Source: Vermamoeba vermiformis
Taxonomy: Eukaryota
Reading direction: 5' to 3'
DNA: 64,000 nucleotides
Assembly: GCA_045837725.1 (NCBI GenBank)
Contig: JBEWZL010000309.1
Span: forward strand, 1 to 64,000
In this document: positions 63,706-64,000 of the stretch, piece after piece
Position numbering within the stretch: the first letter of the stretch is position 1
Layout of the letters: every line of letters starts with the position of its first letter
The notes under the pieces: generated by a model
The model's input: only the letters and a program-made list of their open reading frames with translations
Database searches by the model: none
What the model was told of the DNA's origin: nothing
Position numbers and translations under genes: made by a program

Positions 63706-63922
63706 AAGTAACGGAGGCGTGCAAAGGTAAACTCAAGATTTTCTGAATCTTTAGAGCGCAATGGTATAAGTTTGCTTGACTGTTAGGCAGACACGCCAAA
63801 CAGGGACGAAAGTCGGTCATAGTGATCCGGTGATATTATGTGGAAAAGTCATCGCTCAACGGATAAAAGGTACGCTAGGGATAACAGGCTAATGATCCCC
63901 AAGAGTCCTCATCGCCGGGATC

Positions 63923-63957
<35 letters not shown>

Positions 63958-64000
63958 AGCAGAAGTAGGTTCCAAGGGTTCGGCTGTTCGCCGATTAAAG
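61562..64000 (+). rRNA. rnl: Large subunit rRNA (IR right), 3' end beyond the window
   Basis: Mirror of the left copy. Confidence 0.96.

Larger units (their letters stand above)
53970..64000. repeat. Large inverted repeat, right copy (continues past the window)
   Basis: Reverse complement of 25627-35657. Confidence 0.97.

Overview
An AT-rich, gene-rich protist mitochondrial genome segment in which TGA encodes Trp (table 4). The supplied ORF track is therefore broken at TGA codons, and I re-joined the genes by hand. Layout: (1) a 143-bp tandem array at the left end (1-2780, 19.4 copies) whose innermost unit supplies the 3' end of tRNA-Arg(UCG); (2) all genes from 2.8 to 35.6 kb on the minus strand and all genes from 36.3 kb onward on the plus strand, diverging from an AT-rich, palindrome-rich region with a 17-bp tandem array at 35.65-36.3 kb; (3) a large inverted repeat (25627-35657 mirrors 53970-64000, coordinate sum 89627) that runs off the window and brackets an 18.3-kb single-copy block. 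Gene content includes nad1-7, 4L, 9 and 11, cob, cox1-3, atp1, 4, 6, 8 and 9, a divergent sdh3, tufA, about 20 ribosomal protein genes (including rpl10, rpl11, rpl19, rps16 and a probable 830-aa rps1), LSU and SSU rRNA, and 23 distinct tRNAs. I found no introns. The most unusual elements are a 7.3-kb run of three overlapping giant unassigned ORFs (558, 913 and 961 aa), a further 682-aa orphan ORF, a ~250-aa in-frame insertion in cox2, tRNA-Pro embedded in a perfect 69-bp stem, several unrelated perfect palindromes (one inside an ORF), an invariant stop-T-ATG junction at 15 gene pairs, and a tRNA set with only C34 anticodons for Lys, Arg(AGR) and Trp. The gene set and code resemble amoebozoan mtDNAs, but the taxon cannot be fixed from the sequence alone.
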